DNA of 64,000 nt. It comes from Oculina patagonica (taxonomy: Eukaryota). A program made the translations under genes and the position numbers. Of this stretch, positions 25,900 to 39,091 are shown piece after piece. The notes under the pieces were generated by a model. That model ran no database searches. It was not told where the DNA came from and saw only the letters and a program-made list of their open reading frames with translations. Each line of letters starts with the position of its first letter. Position 1 is the first letter of the stretch. Location of the stretch: the NCBI RefSeq assembly GCF_052425735.1, contig NC_135769.1, positions 19,282,001-19,346,000 on the forward strand, given 5' to 3'.

Positions 25900-26698
25900 G
25901 ACAAAAGAGGTTATGATTTATTACTAGCTTATATAATCATTTAACTTGGTGCGCTGTTCTAGCTGAGAACTAGAGGAATCGATGTTCAAAATGTAACGAA
26001 TTAAAGCTTGACAAAATAGTACGTTTTTCCTTCCGCTTATAAGCCCTCCCGATTAAGCCCCTCCGCTTATAAGCCCAGACAAAAACCCTTACGAAGTTGT
26101 ATAATAATTTGGCTAATAATTTATAAGAGTCCTACGCGACAATCAATCTGGACAGTTATTCCCTCGATGCCAAAAAATACGCAAAAGGGAAAAAAACATA
26201 AAAACCAAAGCATATAAGCTTCAGGATTCTTCAAAAAGAGGCGAGAAAAAAAGATCTTCAAACTAGACAAGCAGAAGTCAAAAGGAAAGGAAGCAGCAGT
26301 CAACAGACTGTGAATTTAAGAAGTAGAGCTAAGAAGTGTGTAGCTTCTTGCTATTGTCATTTTCTAGGAAAGTTAAAACGATTGCATCGATGACGTTGTT
26401 CAAAACCTATAAAACAGTTTTTAATGATTTATTGCTAAACAAACAGAAAGCGATGCTCTGAACCTCTGTTCTGCACGAATAGAATTTCATCAGAGAGATT
26501 TGGCATGCCGAGAATGACGATATATGCACGGTCTATGCATCATGATTTCAGAAAACAGTATCTATTGTGTGCAGGTTTGGACTCTCCCTCTCCCAAATCG
26601 AAAATTAAAGTTTTGCAACCTCGTCCCACCTTGTAGCCCGCGAAATACCAAGGGAAAAGCCCGGGAAGGAGGTTGAAAGTTTTGCTCCTGATACTTTT

Positions 26699-26913
26699 GA
26701 GTGCCTCCCAGGGGGGTCCATATTCTCTTCTTCCCAACAAAAGTTTTTCCCTGTCTCCGTGTTCCCAAAAAGTATTTCTTCCGTTTTGGTGTTCTTGTTC
26801 CCTAAAATATGCTTTTGTCCCGTGTTCACAAGTTTTAATTTCCGCTTGTTCCCATGTTCCCGAACAGTAATGGCTTTGTTCCTCCCTTGTTCCCTGAAAC
26901 CCCTGGGAACCTC
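26699..26913. mobile_element. MITE with GAG termini, TGTTCCC repeats and imperfect 6-bp TSD
   Basis: ACTTTT|GAGTGCCTCCAGGGG...CCCCTGGGAACCTC|ACTTAT. Confidence 0.55.
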
Positions 26914-27407
26914 ACTTATTTAACACTATATTAGGAACAAAATGAGTTTAAAGTAAACAAAAGAAAGATCTAGAAAGCACCCAAATTATATTTTGTTTCT
27001 TTCATTATGAAAACAGCGGCAGCTGGAAGTTTCTTTTCAAATTGATCCTTCAAACTTATTTTCAGGGCTACATGTTTATTGGACTTACCAACACGTAGCA
27101 GAAACTAGATAGTATTTTAATACTATCCAGTTTCTGTTTATCGGTTTTAAAACCCGATAGATCTTTTTGCTGAACTACACGTTTTCCTGGAATTGACCCT
27201 GAAAAAATAAAATATTCATTACTGCTCTTTACTGATGTCCAAGTACGTGCCTTGTGGTGTTGCTTCTAAGAATCTGATGCTAATCCTCTATGATGATTTT
27301 GCTACCTTATTCTCATTTATTTTCGGTGTATTAATTTTCGTTTTTGGTTTTTTTTTATGGGATTTTTTCCGATTATAGGGACGCGAATTTTATAATAGAA
27401 AATATAT

Positions 27408-27643
27408 NNNNNNNNNNNNNNNNNNNNNNNNNNNNNNNNNNNNNNNNNNNNNNNNNNNNNNNNNNNNNNNNNNNNNNNNNNNNNNNNNNNNNNNNNNNNN
27501 NNNNNNNNNNNNNNNNNNNNNNNNNNNNNNNNNNNNNNNNNNNNNNNNNNNNNNNNNNNNNNNNNNNNNNNNNNNNNNNNNNNNNNNNNNNNNNNNNNNN
27601 NNNNNNNNNNNNNNNNNNNNNNNNNNNNNNNNNNNNNNNNNNN
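27408..27643. other. Assembly gap (N run)
   Basis: Run of N characters. Confidence 1.
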
Positions 27644-28613
27644 NGTAAGTTCTCGCCTTGACTAGTTATTAATAATGTACGAAGAAGTTAGTTGTTGATT
27701 AGTCTTGATAATTAGAGAGCTGCGTAACTTGGTTTATCTCACCTGATGTGATCTGCGTAAGACGATTAGTTAGCTACAAGATTTTCTCAGTTGTGGTCTA
27801 CATTTGTTTTAATTTATCAACTCTAACAGATAATTGCTGGGTTAGTCCCATTTTGTTTATAGCTGCTTGTGGTTAAGCGAGTTTAACAGATAAAAGGAAG
27901 GAAGACATAATTGACCGATGTTCTTTGTACAACCTTGTCAGTCCTTCTCACTCCAGGAGGCACGAAGAAGAGAGACCCTGGGAACGAGATAGCGGACAGG
28001 CCGAGCCCCGCCGGCCGAGCGCAGAAAGCGCGCAGGCTAGGAACGAGATCGAAAGGTTCTTTATATTGCATCTAATTCTCGTCCCCAGAGCTTCTTGTCG
28101 CTCAGCCGGCGGAGCCTGTGCACGAGAAACAAGTGGCTCGGGGGACACGTGATTTGATTGGCTGAAATTTTCATAAAAGAAACAGCCAATCAAATGAACC
28201 ATTTAAATCAAAACAGTTCATTTGATTGGCTATATTTGAAACTCCCTTTTCTTTCAAGCGGCTCTTGGGATCGAGAATATTTATATTGAAGAAGTATCGA
28301 CGCCGTGAAGTTACATAAATATACTGAAAAAGGTTTCTGCATTATCAAGTTCTCTATAGCTACGGTCTTGGACTAACTAGACTGGCAAACAAATTTTGAA
28401 ACAGAAAGAACTTTGAATAATTCATCCCGTATCATGGGCCTCCTGCCGAGTTATAATAGCCTAAAACCTAAACAAGCTATATTTCAATCAATGTTCTAAT
28501 TGAACACCACATTCAAGCTGTGTCGCATAATGAATTATTTCGTTCTTCATTGAGATATTGATCTCGCCTAGTTACTTTAACCGTGGAAAGCACTTGGGAG
28601 TAAAGACTACTGA

Positions 28614-31600
28614 ATGCAGAAAGGAACGTCGAAAATCATGAGACGAACTTTATGCATCCATCTTTCATTTCTTTTATTCTGGGAGCTAGTAACTTCGGCT
28701 CAGAATTTGACTGGAACTTCGAACCCAGGTCGACTATCTTGTTTACGATACGGAAAGTTCGAACAACCACAGAAAGGTAATTTTGTGGATCGCTTAATTA
28801 ATTTGAGCACTTTTTTAAATGAAAAATCTTATAATGCCGGTAAAGTTGGAATTTTTTTATACTTTTTAAAATTAAGGTTCAAACAAGTTTGTGTAGAAAA
28901 GGAAAAAAGTGAGAAACCTGTCTCAGTTTAAAAACGAAGCCAATTTGATACAAATGACACTAGACTGGCGAGGACATATTTCTAAGCTGGAAAAATGTAA
29001 TAACTAGAACAAAGTGCCAGGAAAAGAAATCGCAACCATCTTGAAAACTAGTTATGATGCGCGTTTTGTGACTTTTGTTAAGAAAAGAGTAGGCAAACTT
29101 CAAGTTACCGGTTTGTCATTAACTGCGCGCAGCAATAAACAGGTGAAATCAGATACAGGGTGGTAGCTAGCAACTCCCGTAACATAGGGGGACCGTCGGA
29201 CTGGGGGGGGAGACCATGCCCAAAAAATGGAAGCGAAACGCCAATATGGACAACACGGTGACACCTTCCCGCTAGGAAATGAAGTCCCGCGCCCGAGAGG
29301 CCCGATTCAAAAGAAAAAAAAGGGAGGCACATGTCTCCCCACTAAGTGTACAGAATCGACTGTTGAGCGCCGACACCATGAGTGAGCCCTGTCGGTGAGG
29401 CGGGGCCGCGCCGCGGACGACGAGGAGGACGGGGGAGAGGCAGAGAGAGGACCACGCGCCACGTGCGTTGACCGCCCGGGCGCAGCGCCGGGCACTGGGG
29501 GGGCGCAGCCCCCCCGCCCCCGCCTCGTACGCCTATGCCCGTAAAATAACCAAAAAAACTTAAATAGATTAACTGAAAGGAACTGTGTCACGGATTTTAG
29601 CCAAATTTAATTCTTCTTATTGTAACCACGCGTCTCATAAGGAAATTAGCTTCTTTATTTTAGTTAGATAGTTGACGGGAAAAGTTTACCAAAAAAAGAC
29701 GAAAATGGCCACCAAATTGAGTGAAATAAGAAACACTACAAAAACAGCGCAGGAACACTGCAATAACACAGCAAAACAAAAAAGGACTGGGGGAAGACAG
29801 ATTACGATCTAGGTTTTGCAAAACTGTTGTGGCCACCAAATTGAGTGAAATAAGAAACACTTACAAAAACAGTGAAGGAACACTGCAATAACACAGCAAA
29901 TATATAAAAAGGTATTGTTGGGGGAAGACAGATTACGATCTAGGTTTTTGCAAAACTGTTGGGCTGAACAGTTTTCAAAGTTAATGTCGTTTGTTTTCGA
30001 CTCTTAATTATAACGCCCGTGAGACATACATGGTTTTGTCATTTGAATCAATCGAAGTAATCCATTTGCCAATATTTAGTTTCATAGCGAGTGTTTTGCA
30101 AAAAGTATAAAATAGACTAAACTAAGCTGTGACACAGTCCCTTTACATGCAATAAAAGGAAAACAAACACAAACACACAGGACAGGTGATCAAAGAAACT
30201 GCTGTTGTTTTTAGCTGAAATGAACTAATGAAAAATTTATTTTTGTCGTGTTATTAGCGTGTGTTGTGCCACAGTTTTCAATTAACTCTTTATTTTTGTA
30301 AGCACATTGCTAATATAATACTTAGCCCCCTATCCCCTTCGCCCTCTCCCCCTTCCCCACCCCCTCTTACGCGTCCTGGATCCAGCCTTTTAGATAATGA
30401 GGCACCCAGTAAAGTCACATCCTCTGATTTTCTCGCACTCTATCAATTTCATTACCACACGTAACTTCAAGGGATACCGCTTTAATGCCCCTCCCGGGGG
30501 TACTTGGGATTTCAGGTGAAGGGGATGATCGAAGAATTTTTTTGGGTTTAAAATCTTTGATTCCGGGAATTTTTTGGGCAGGAAAATGTGGCAAGTATTT
30601 TTCTGGGGTTGCTTGATTTAAAAACAATTTAAAGGTTCGTAGTAGTGTCTTGGCTCCGTAGTTCTGCAAATAAAGTACAAAAAAACGTGTTTCTAATGAT
30701 TGCTTTGAGTTATATCATTTCCGGCCGCTTTCTGGAAATTTAAGGGGTCAGAAATTTGGCATGGGGTTTTTGGAAGTTAATTTTTGGTCCAGGGATTTTT
30801 TTGAGTTTTGTTGAAAGCACTGGTTTTTTTTTTTTTTTTTTTTTGGGGGGGGGGGGGGTCTTGATTTTTGCCCCCATTCGATTATCCCCGTCACTTAAAA
30901 TCCCGAGTACCCGCAGGGGTTTAATGCTGATGGTTTTCAAGAGATGATTTATTGTTGTCCGTTCTTGTAACATAATTCAACTTGACCATAGCTCACCAAC
31001 TCCTTCCGTTATTCAGGTTACGCTCTGGTAAATCACGTGATCGCTACGTATACCATGACGTGCCCATTAGACTGCACGATGGAATGCCTGAGTGACGGAC
31101 GCTGTCAATCATTTAACTGCGCTGACTCAGGGGACAAGTGTGAAATAAACGACCAATCAAAGGAAACAAGTCCGAACGACTTTGGACCGAGGCCAGGCTT
31201 TACTTACTACGGCCCAACAACACAGACGGTAAGTCATTGGGTGCTTAGTTCGAAATTTTAAAGGGACCGTGTCACGGCTTAGTTAAGTTTATTTTTTTTT
31301 TAAGTTTTGCCAAATACCTGCAACGAAACCAATTTTTGCGAGGAAATTACTCCTATGGAAGGAAGTAATGAAGTGACAAAACCATAGCTTCATTGCAACC
31401 AAATGTGTCTCCCGGGCGTTACAAATTAAAGTCACAAGCAAACGAGTCTAACTTTGAAAACTGTTTAGCCCAACAATAATTCAAAAACCCATATTGCAAT
31501 CCGTTTCAATCTTCGTCGCTTTTGGCCATCCGTACCTTCTTTTGTATTTGCTGTGTTACTGAAATATTCCTTCAACGTTTTAAGAGGCTATCTTTATATT

Positions 31601-33783
31601 TCACCGAAGAACTCGATGGTCATTTCTGATGCCTGAATTTGGCTAAAATCTATGATACAGTACCTTTAATTCTCCCTTCTTGTTGGCATCCATTTCCTAT
31701 AATTCACGTTATGAGAATTTGGTGGTACAGCAACGCAAAATGTTGATGCCTAGTCACTGGTTATAACTGATTAAAATCTATATTCTTATCACCTGTTTCA
31801 GTCATCAAGTGTTGATATTGTGTGGAGTAATTGCTTGCAGGATGGGCGATTTTTGCGTGGACCTCGGAGTGCTGGCTAGGAAGAATTAGACTTTTATCTT
31901 TTTATTATAAAAGGGGTTAAAGCCAAGGAAAAACAAATACAATAGAACCCCGGTAACTCGAATTAAAATTTCCACTCTTATCATAAGAATTAATTTGCAC
32001 TGTATACTGTAGTGCTAAAAAATCATGCAGCAAACTATCAATTACTAACTTGGGAAATTAAATATTCAATCGACCCCGAATTAACTTGAAACCCCGCTAA
32101 CTAGAACTGTTTTTCTTTTCCCTTCAGAGTTCGAGTTATTGGGGTTCTACTGTAGAATGAATTAAAACTCCGCCTACTAAAATCAACCTCTAAAACATTG
32201 TGGGACGCCCATTACCTCTCGGAACGAGACATGCCTATGCATCTTAAAACAGGTGACAACAATTCCCCTAGCACTGCACACCGTCCCAACCTTCTCTGAA
32301 CGTCTCTCTTTTTTCTGGTAGGGAGGTACTGGACCTGGTTGTGCCTTTGTGACATGTCAGAATGGTGGAACATGTTTTGATTCATGCTGGAATCCCCGGA
32401 TGTTCACGTGTGCCTGCACAAAAGACTACACAGGAGTTTATTGCGAAAGGCATGGTAAGTAATGTATAGTTGGTACACCTCGGCCTTTAGGTCCGTTATA
32501 AGGATGTCTTTATGATAGTTTTGTATGTGAAGATATCAGTATCGATGAGGTTATAGGGAACGTGTCCATATTTGGTAGAAACATCGTTTGCCTCCTCAGG
32601 AATCATCGGAAAATGATCGGAAATTTACGCAAGATCTCGGAACAACAATATTCGGAAATTACGGAGAATCATAGGAAAAGTTTTTTTAAACGGGAGGGCT
32701 CCGCCTCAAGGTCCAATTCATATACTTTTGTTGACAGAAAAGGTACCCCTTTTACATACCTTCCACAGACAATGGTACCCCTGTCACATAGAAATGCAAA
32801 GCTACAGAAGGAATAATACATCTCTTTTCTTAATTTTTCACTAGAACAACCCCTTCCGAATACTTAAATGAATCTACTGTTCGCTGGGTCTGGTCGAGAT
32901 CTTTTGAACAGCCCTTTTAAATACCCTAATGATAGTTTTCCCTACCCTATTGTATACCCCAACTCGTGAAATTCCTACCCTTTTATATACCTACAACCTG
33001 AAAATGGTACCCCTATCGGGCGGAGCCTTCCCGTGCAGTGCACTAGGGAGTACCCCCGGGTGTTTGTGGCATCAAAGAATTAAAAAAAACTACGGTATGT
33101 CACCGTAGGTTGTTTTTTTTTTCCTTCAATTTATCGCTTATTCAATACTTCTTTGCCCTACAGTGAAGAGCTGTCTTGAACATAAAAGCCTGGGAGCAGG
33201 TCAGGACGGGATCTATAATATCGACCCTGACGGGCAGGGAATCATACGCGTGTTTTGTGACCAGACCACAGACGGTGGCGGATGGATTGTCATTCAGAGG
33301 CGCATCGCTCCGTACAGTGGAAATTTTGAAAAATGGTGGGACCGCTACCGAATTGGTTTTGGAAGCTTGTCTGGTGAATTCTGGCTCGGGAACGACAACT
33401 TGCACCGAATCGCTCCTTCAGATAAGGTACTTCGTGTAGACATACACAGAACCGACGGCCAAAAAGGATACGCCAAGTTTGGCGGGTTTCAAGTCGCAAA
33501 CGCAGCGGAAAAGTTCCAGTGGAATATGAATTCATTCGAGGGGAACATTCCAAATGCAATTTATGGAAATTCGGATCCTAAAGAAAATATACGGGGAATG
33601 AAATTTTCCACTCCAAATATGGACAATGATAACAACCCGAACGGCAAATGTCTGGGTTACGCTGGATGGTGGGCCAACAATTGTGTAATGGCAAACTTTA
33701 ATGCGAGGAGCGGACCAGTTTGGAAGCCCTGGTCTCAAGAAAGCTCCATTACTTTTACCGAGATGAAAGTAAGGGAAAACTGA
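28614..33783 (+). CDS. Secreted fibrinogen-related protein (signal peptide, PAN/apple, EGF, fibrinogen C-terminal domain)
   Basis: Exons 28614-28776, 31017-31228, 32322-32454, 33164-33783, all phase-consistent; GYALVNHVI..CPLDCTMECLSDGRCQSFNC..CEIN (PAN), CQNGGTC..CAC..YTGVYCE (EGF), VFCDQTTDGGGWIVIQRR..GEFWLGNDNLH..GMKFST..DND..GWW..C (FBG). Confidence 0.9.
29578..30143. mobile_element. Kolobok-like MITE with an internal tandem duplication of about 125 bp
   Basis: AGGAACTGTGTCAC...GTGACACAGTCCCT; duplicated unit GCCACCAAATTGAGTG...GCAAAACTGTTG at about 29708-29830 and 29832-29961. Confidence 0.55.
31262..31665. mobile_element. Kolobok-like MITE (TTAA-flanked)
   Basis: TTAA|AGGGACCGTGTCAC...ATGATACAGTACCT|TTAA. 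Confidence 0.65.
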
Positions 33784-34799
33784 CAGCAACCTCTTGGGGT
33801 TTTTCATTAGCTTATGGAACAGAACCTTAGAACCGTGGACGAGATTTTACCAACGACAGATTAGTGACGGAAATGCCCCCAAAAGTACCCTAGGTGCAAG
33901 ATACTCTTCATGTGCGGTTTTCCGGTTCCGGTTCATGTATTTTTTTAGGGGCGGGGGCGGGGGGTTGGGCAATTTTTCTGGGCAGGATACTTTTTTCACC
34001 TTCAGGTTGCGTAGGATATTTTTTTAAAAATATTTCTTTTTTTCCTCATGGCTCGGCCTTTTTTTCAGCCGTTTCTCTTGTGCAGGAATTGTTTTTGGAA
34101 ATTGCCCACCCCCCCCCCCCCCCTCAAAAAATAATTACCCGTCCCTAAAAGATATCACTCAGATGATTTACAACAAGCTGCACTAAATTGACTGATGCCA
34201 GTTAATGTCTGATCGATGATCCTTTGTTCCAGTACATTGCACTGGTCTTTTTTGTCTCACTCAACAAGTCTTATCCTCTGTTTCAAGTTATAGGACAATG
34301 ACTGATTCCTTTGAATCTTTATTCAAATCATTCTTTTATTGTCTTATATGTAAGCTGGACCCTACGACATATACTGTACAGTATACGGTCCCCCTCTCCC
34401 CCCCTCCCCGCCGGGTACAAGACCCTCCGAAACTAACGATAGGAAAATCAAATTGGAAACCGCTACCCTCGTCCCCAGGCGCCGATCGGCCGGTCGGTTG
34501 AGGCGGTAAGGCGGGAAAACAGGGAGCGCGGGGGGATTTAGCGTCCCACAACATCATAGTGAACCACACAGTATCAATCCCATAACGCAAAGCGCACCGC
34601 GCACTATCAATCCCATAAGGAAAAGGGCACCGCGCACGACCAAGGAGGAGGACGCCTAGGGACGAGGCAGAGGGAGGCTGATACAAAAGTTACAGAGGTC
34701 TTTACTTTGAAAAATAAATTGTAAATCATCAAAGTGACACTGGACAGCCAAGAGCCGCGCACCATAAAGAAATTATTACAGTAGTCAATTTCATTTCTT

Positions 34800-35211
34800 G
34801 AGGGTGGTAAAGGGTATTTTCGTGATTCGTAAATAGTTTTCTATTTTTCCCGTGAAATGAGAAATTGCCAGAGTTCTCTTCCCTCGCGAATCGTGATTTC
34901 GTTTTTAGCCGTGAACCCTGACTTTTCCGATAAATGAGAAATAAATGATCGATACGATTCGATTCGACGTGGCTTTCATTTTATTGCGGGCGCAGAACAA
35001 GGAGCGGTTAGATAGTGACGATGCCATAAAAGGCAATACTTTAGACGTCATGTTTTAAAATCTCACAAGTTATAAAAAAGATAGTGTGAAAACGACCTTT
35101 TGTCGTGAAACGTGAAGTGCCTATTTCGCCTATTTCATTTTCCGTGAATTGTGAAAGGACCTTTTTTCTGCCTTTCGTGAAACTTGACCCAGACCACCCC
35201 TTTCCACCCTC
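34800..35211. mobile_element. MITE with GAGGGTGG termini and 6-bp TSD (TTTCTT)
   Basis: TTTCTT|GAGGGTGGTAAAGGG...CCCTTTCCACCCTC|TTTCTT; CGTGAA repeats. Confidence 0.8.
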
Positions 35212-37159
35212 TTTCTTGACAGTAAGTCTTGCTCATTCGACTTGCTTTGAAAACGTGCCCTAACACCAAAACACAATTGTCACGGGAAACATACTCATAC
35301 CCACAAAAATAAGTAGTTTTTCTGTGTAATATTTACTAGGTCAGCTTAGGTCGAATAAAGATTCCGACTGGTTTCTTTGCTTGTCAGATCGGAAATCAGC
35401 GTTATCTTTCAGGAAATGCAGAATTGCATTAATTTTATAAAATATGCTCTGTTGTTTGAACAGTAAGCCTATGTTGATCTGAACTAGAATGCACTTCGGA
35501 TCATATTGGATTTAAACGCAAGCTATAGTAAAAGACATTGCAATTGTCTGTAACGTGTTATTATTGTTAAACTCGTAATTAACGTTAAAGGAATTTCTCT
35601 TCAAGTCACAGGAACAGTTAAAGGTCTTGATAGTTGTATTTTTTAAGTACAGGTAATTTATCTATATTCAGATTGCTGTAAAATGGCAAGGTAGCGCATT
35701 TACAAGTAACATCATTATTTACCGTCACCTTGAACAATACCCTGGTACGGTCATAAGTGAAAGCAATTTCCTTTCCAGATATCATTATCGATTGAAGTCA
35801 ATTTGATTTATTTTGCTGTACAACTTACTCAAACTTGCAGTTTTACCCACCATTAACTATATCGCACCATAAGCGTGTATAAGCACATATGCACTGTACA
35901 ACTTTCAATTTACCACAATTTATCTCGATTTAGCTTAGATACCTACTACGACTTTTAATCAACGAACAATAAAGACGACGAGAGAATTCTCGAGAATCAG
36001 CGAGTCCTTGCTGTTATGCTGTCCGACTAACAAAAGGCGACGATTTTGTATACAGCTAATTCGAGAAAGGTTGTCGGAAAAAGGCACAAAAGTGCACGCA
36101 ACAAGACCAAAAGGTAGTATGGGTATAAGTAGAGAGCTGCAGCATGTGCTGAATACTAATAAGATGGCGCAATCATGCCCCTTGACAAACGCGAATTTAC
36201 ATGTTTTCTTTCTCTTCAGACACGTGGAAACAAGGTACTTTTGGCCATGCTGAATTTTAGGAGAATTTTCAAAACGCAAAGACATGCGACAGAAAAAGTA
36301 AAGGTACAGAAAAGCCCCCAGGTCTCCTGAGAGGAAAAACAAAATCTTCACGTGCCGAATACAAACTTGTACATTTCCTCTAGGCCAATATGCAAAATTC
36401 AAGTGAATATCCAGACCACCTTTCGGTCTTGTCGCGTGCACTTTTGCGCTTTTTTTCCGACATCCTTTCTCGAATTAGCTGTATACCTCTGACATCAATT
36501 GACGAGTGCCGTGCAGCAAGCCTGTGCTCTGCCAAGCTCCCTCCCCCCCAGCCCACCCCAATCAGATCCGTCCGACCGTTTACAGCACCCAAGCTGAAAG
36601 TCCATATCCGTCCCTCAGACGCACAGTAACGTTAAAAGATTCGACCGCAAGTTTTTGGCGAAATATTAAGAAAAAGATATATCCCAGGGATATTTCTTCA
36701 ACTCTTGTCCAGCAAAACATTCGAAGAAGTTGAGTTGATCTAGGATATCATGATGCTATTTCGTGATTGCAAAAGTATAATTTCTATAAGACTCCCTTTC
36801 TTTTCCACCCTCGGGGAGAAGGGCGAAATTAGTTTCACTAAAATTTCTAGTTAAAACGAGAACGGAGATTATACATATTCCCACTATGAATTCACCACGA
36901 CCCAGCCACTTGTTTAGGTCACGAATTTTCTGGGCTATTCTAGCGCATTTTGTAACTATTTGGGGTTGGTTTCACAAGAGGTGTTAATCACGGCTTCATT
37001 CTCACATCTTTTCTGGCCCTCCCCTCCCCCATCCAATGGCCGATCTCTCCATGGCGCGTGCCTGCAGGGAATCACGGTAGTTGATTCATCGTTGCTTAGT
37101 CTCGCGCACGGTTTGATGAATACAACTACCATGATTCCCTGCAGGCGCGCGCCAGAGGG

Positions 37160-37410
37160 AAGAAGACACTAGGTGACAGAGCTTTTTCGGCTGCTGCTCC
37201 AACGCTCTGGAATAAATTGCCGAGCGAAATAAGACACGAGGAGAATTTTAACCTTTTTAAATCAAAACTGAAGACATTTTTATTTAGGAAAGCGTATAAG
37301 TAAGATCATTTTAATATCTATTAATTATATTTTTAGGCTTTTTAATCTCTTTTTAGTCATATGTACGTTATTGTAAATAGCTAGTTTTTAAAACTCTTAT
37401 ATTCTTAGTA

Positions 37411-37448
<38 letters not shown>

Positions 37449-37547
37449 ATTTTTTTTTTAATTTTTTAATTTGTTTTTCTTCTATATATTTGTAAGGCGC
37501 ATTTGGTCATATTTACATGTTAATTTGCGCCTTAGAAATCTTAAATA

Positions 37548-37588
<41 letters not shown>
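37160..37588 (+). mobile_element. 5'-truncated L2-clade LINE 3' end with (TTA)n tail
   Basis: Encodes KTLGDRAFSAAAPTLWNKLPSEIRHEENFNLFKSKLKTFLFRKAY*, then an AT-rich UTR, TGTAAGGCGCATTTG and a TTA microsatellite. Confidence 0.85.
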
Positions 37589-37590
<2 letters not shown>

Positions 37591-37907
37591 CGGGGGGGGG
37601 GGGAATCGGGCATTGACTGCGAGCAGTTACCAAGCGAAAAACGCGTGACAAAAAATGGCCGCGCCTGGGGGACTGGAATACCATAACGCAAATCAGGTTG
37701 GAAAAGTGTAACTACGGTAACACCAAAACCAATACGTTCCCACCCGGCCAATCACACCAACCAGAAAGAAAGCAGCGAAACAATCAGAAGTCGAAGCAAA
37801 AAACGTGCCTGGTGCCAAGAGCGGGAAAATGTGCGATGGCCAAGATACGATTGGCTTCGGTTCAGCTCCTGATGTTTAGAGCTGGTTGCACTATTTTTTT
37901 TTTTTTT

Positions 37908-38578
37908 TTAAGGTTCGCGCTAATTGTTTATGCGCATTCTTACTGCGCACGTAATTCATGTTGCAACGTCACGCCACGTCATGCACGAGCGCCCGCGCTG
38001 AAGAAATTTTCTAAGCACATATAGGGCTGGTAGTCGTCGCGTGAACTTTGCTTGCAATTAACTCTCTTTGATGGTCGGTGACCCTCACATTTTTTTGAAC
38101 GGATCTCTTTTGTTGACGATTATCTACGTTTTGCGTAAAAATGAAAAAAATCTATCGATTAAAAGTTCGGATTTTTTTGGTCCCACGTACGTTCGAATGC
38201 CTTTTTTTGAGCTTTTCGTTTTGCTGTACGACGATTTCAAATAACGCTTTCAGGGTTAAGTCTTACGAAAAGTTGGCAACACTAGAAGTTTTTTAAGCAA
38301 CAGACCCACTTCTACAAAATATGACTAAGATCATTTGCCTCTTATTTCTCATCTTCAATATTTTTAACTATAAATGCTGTAAACCATGTTGAACTGCGTT
38401 CACCAATTTTTCAGAATCAAGGTAGTTTTCCACACGCTTTATCTGTGAAACGAAGTCGGTGACCCCCACTTTTTTTTTGCATTTCCGACACAAGTAACTA
38501 ATTATCTGAAGCTATCTGACTGCTGTAAAATTTTTAAAAAAATCTATCGATTAGAAAATTTTCGCGCGAACGTCCTTA
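37908..38578. mobile_element. TTAA-bounded non-autonomous DNA element
   Basis: TTAAGG(AC)GTTCGCGC-type inverted ends; internal repeats GTCGGTGACCC and AAAATCTATCGATTA. Confidence 0.55.
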
Positions 38579-39091
38579 AACACATTTTTTTGTCGCATTG
38601 GAGGGAGGTGTGTCCGTTTTAGCGAGAGACTTAAAACTGTGAAGCCTAAAATAGATTATTTTTATTTCACTACGAAACAAGGTACAAAACAAAAACGAAT
38701 ACAAAGACAAAAACAGCGGAACGAGGTCAAGAACTATTGGTCGCTTTGAACACTTTCCGAGGAATTCTTTAATAACTATCTGCAAACAAAAATGTCAAAA
38801 CAGCAACCAACATTGTAAAAAAACTGGCAACGTATGTATCCCTCTTGTAATAAAATACTTTTTGTGTATCATTCAGCTTGCGATCTGTTCCTCCACTGTT
38901 GAATAAGACTGCTTTATTTTTGCAAAGCGGCACATATTTAGTGTTTCTTGTCTTATGGAGGACACAGTCATTAGCGCGGTGAGCGTGGAATCCCAGAAGA
39001 TTCAACACATGTAGTTCAGTTTTGCAGTAACCACCGGAGACAGTCGTTTGCTTAAGCCGTCTTGAAGTGTCATCCCTGGTTCGCTGACGAT

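Noticed and set aside
27644-27650. GTAAGT immediately after the N gap, suggesting a hidden exon
   Set aside because: Cannot be evaluated without the gap sequence
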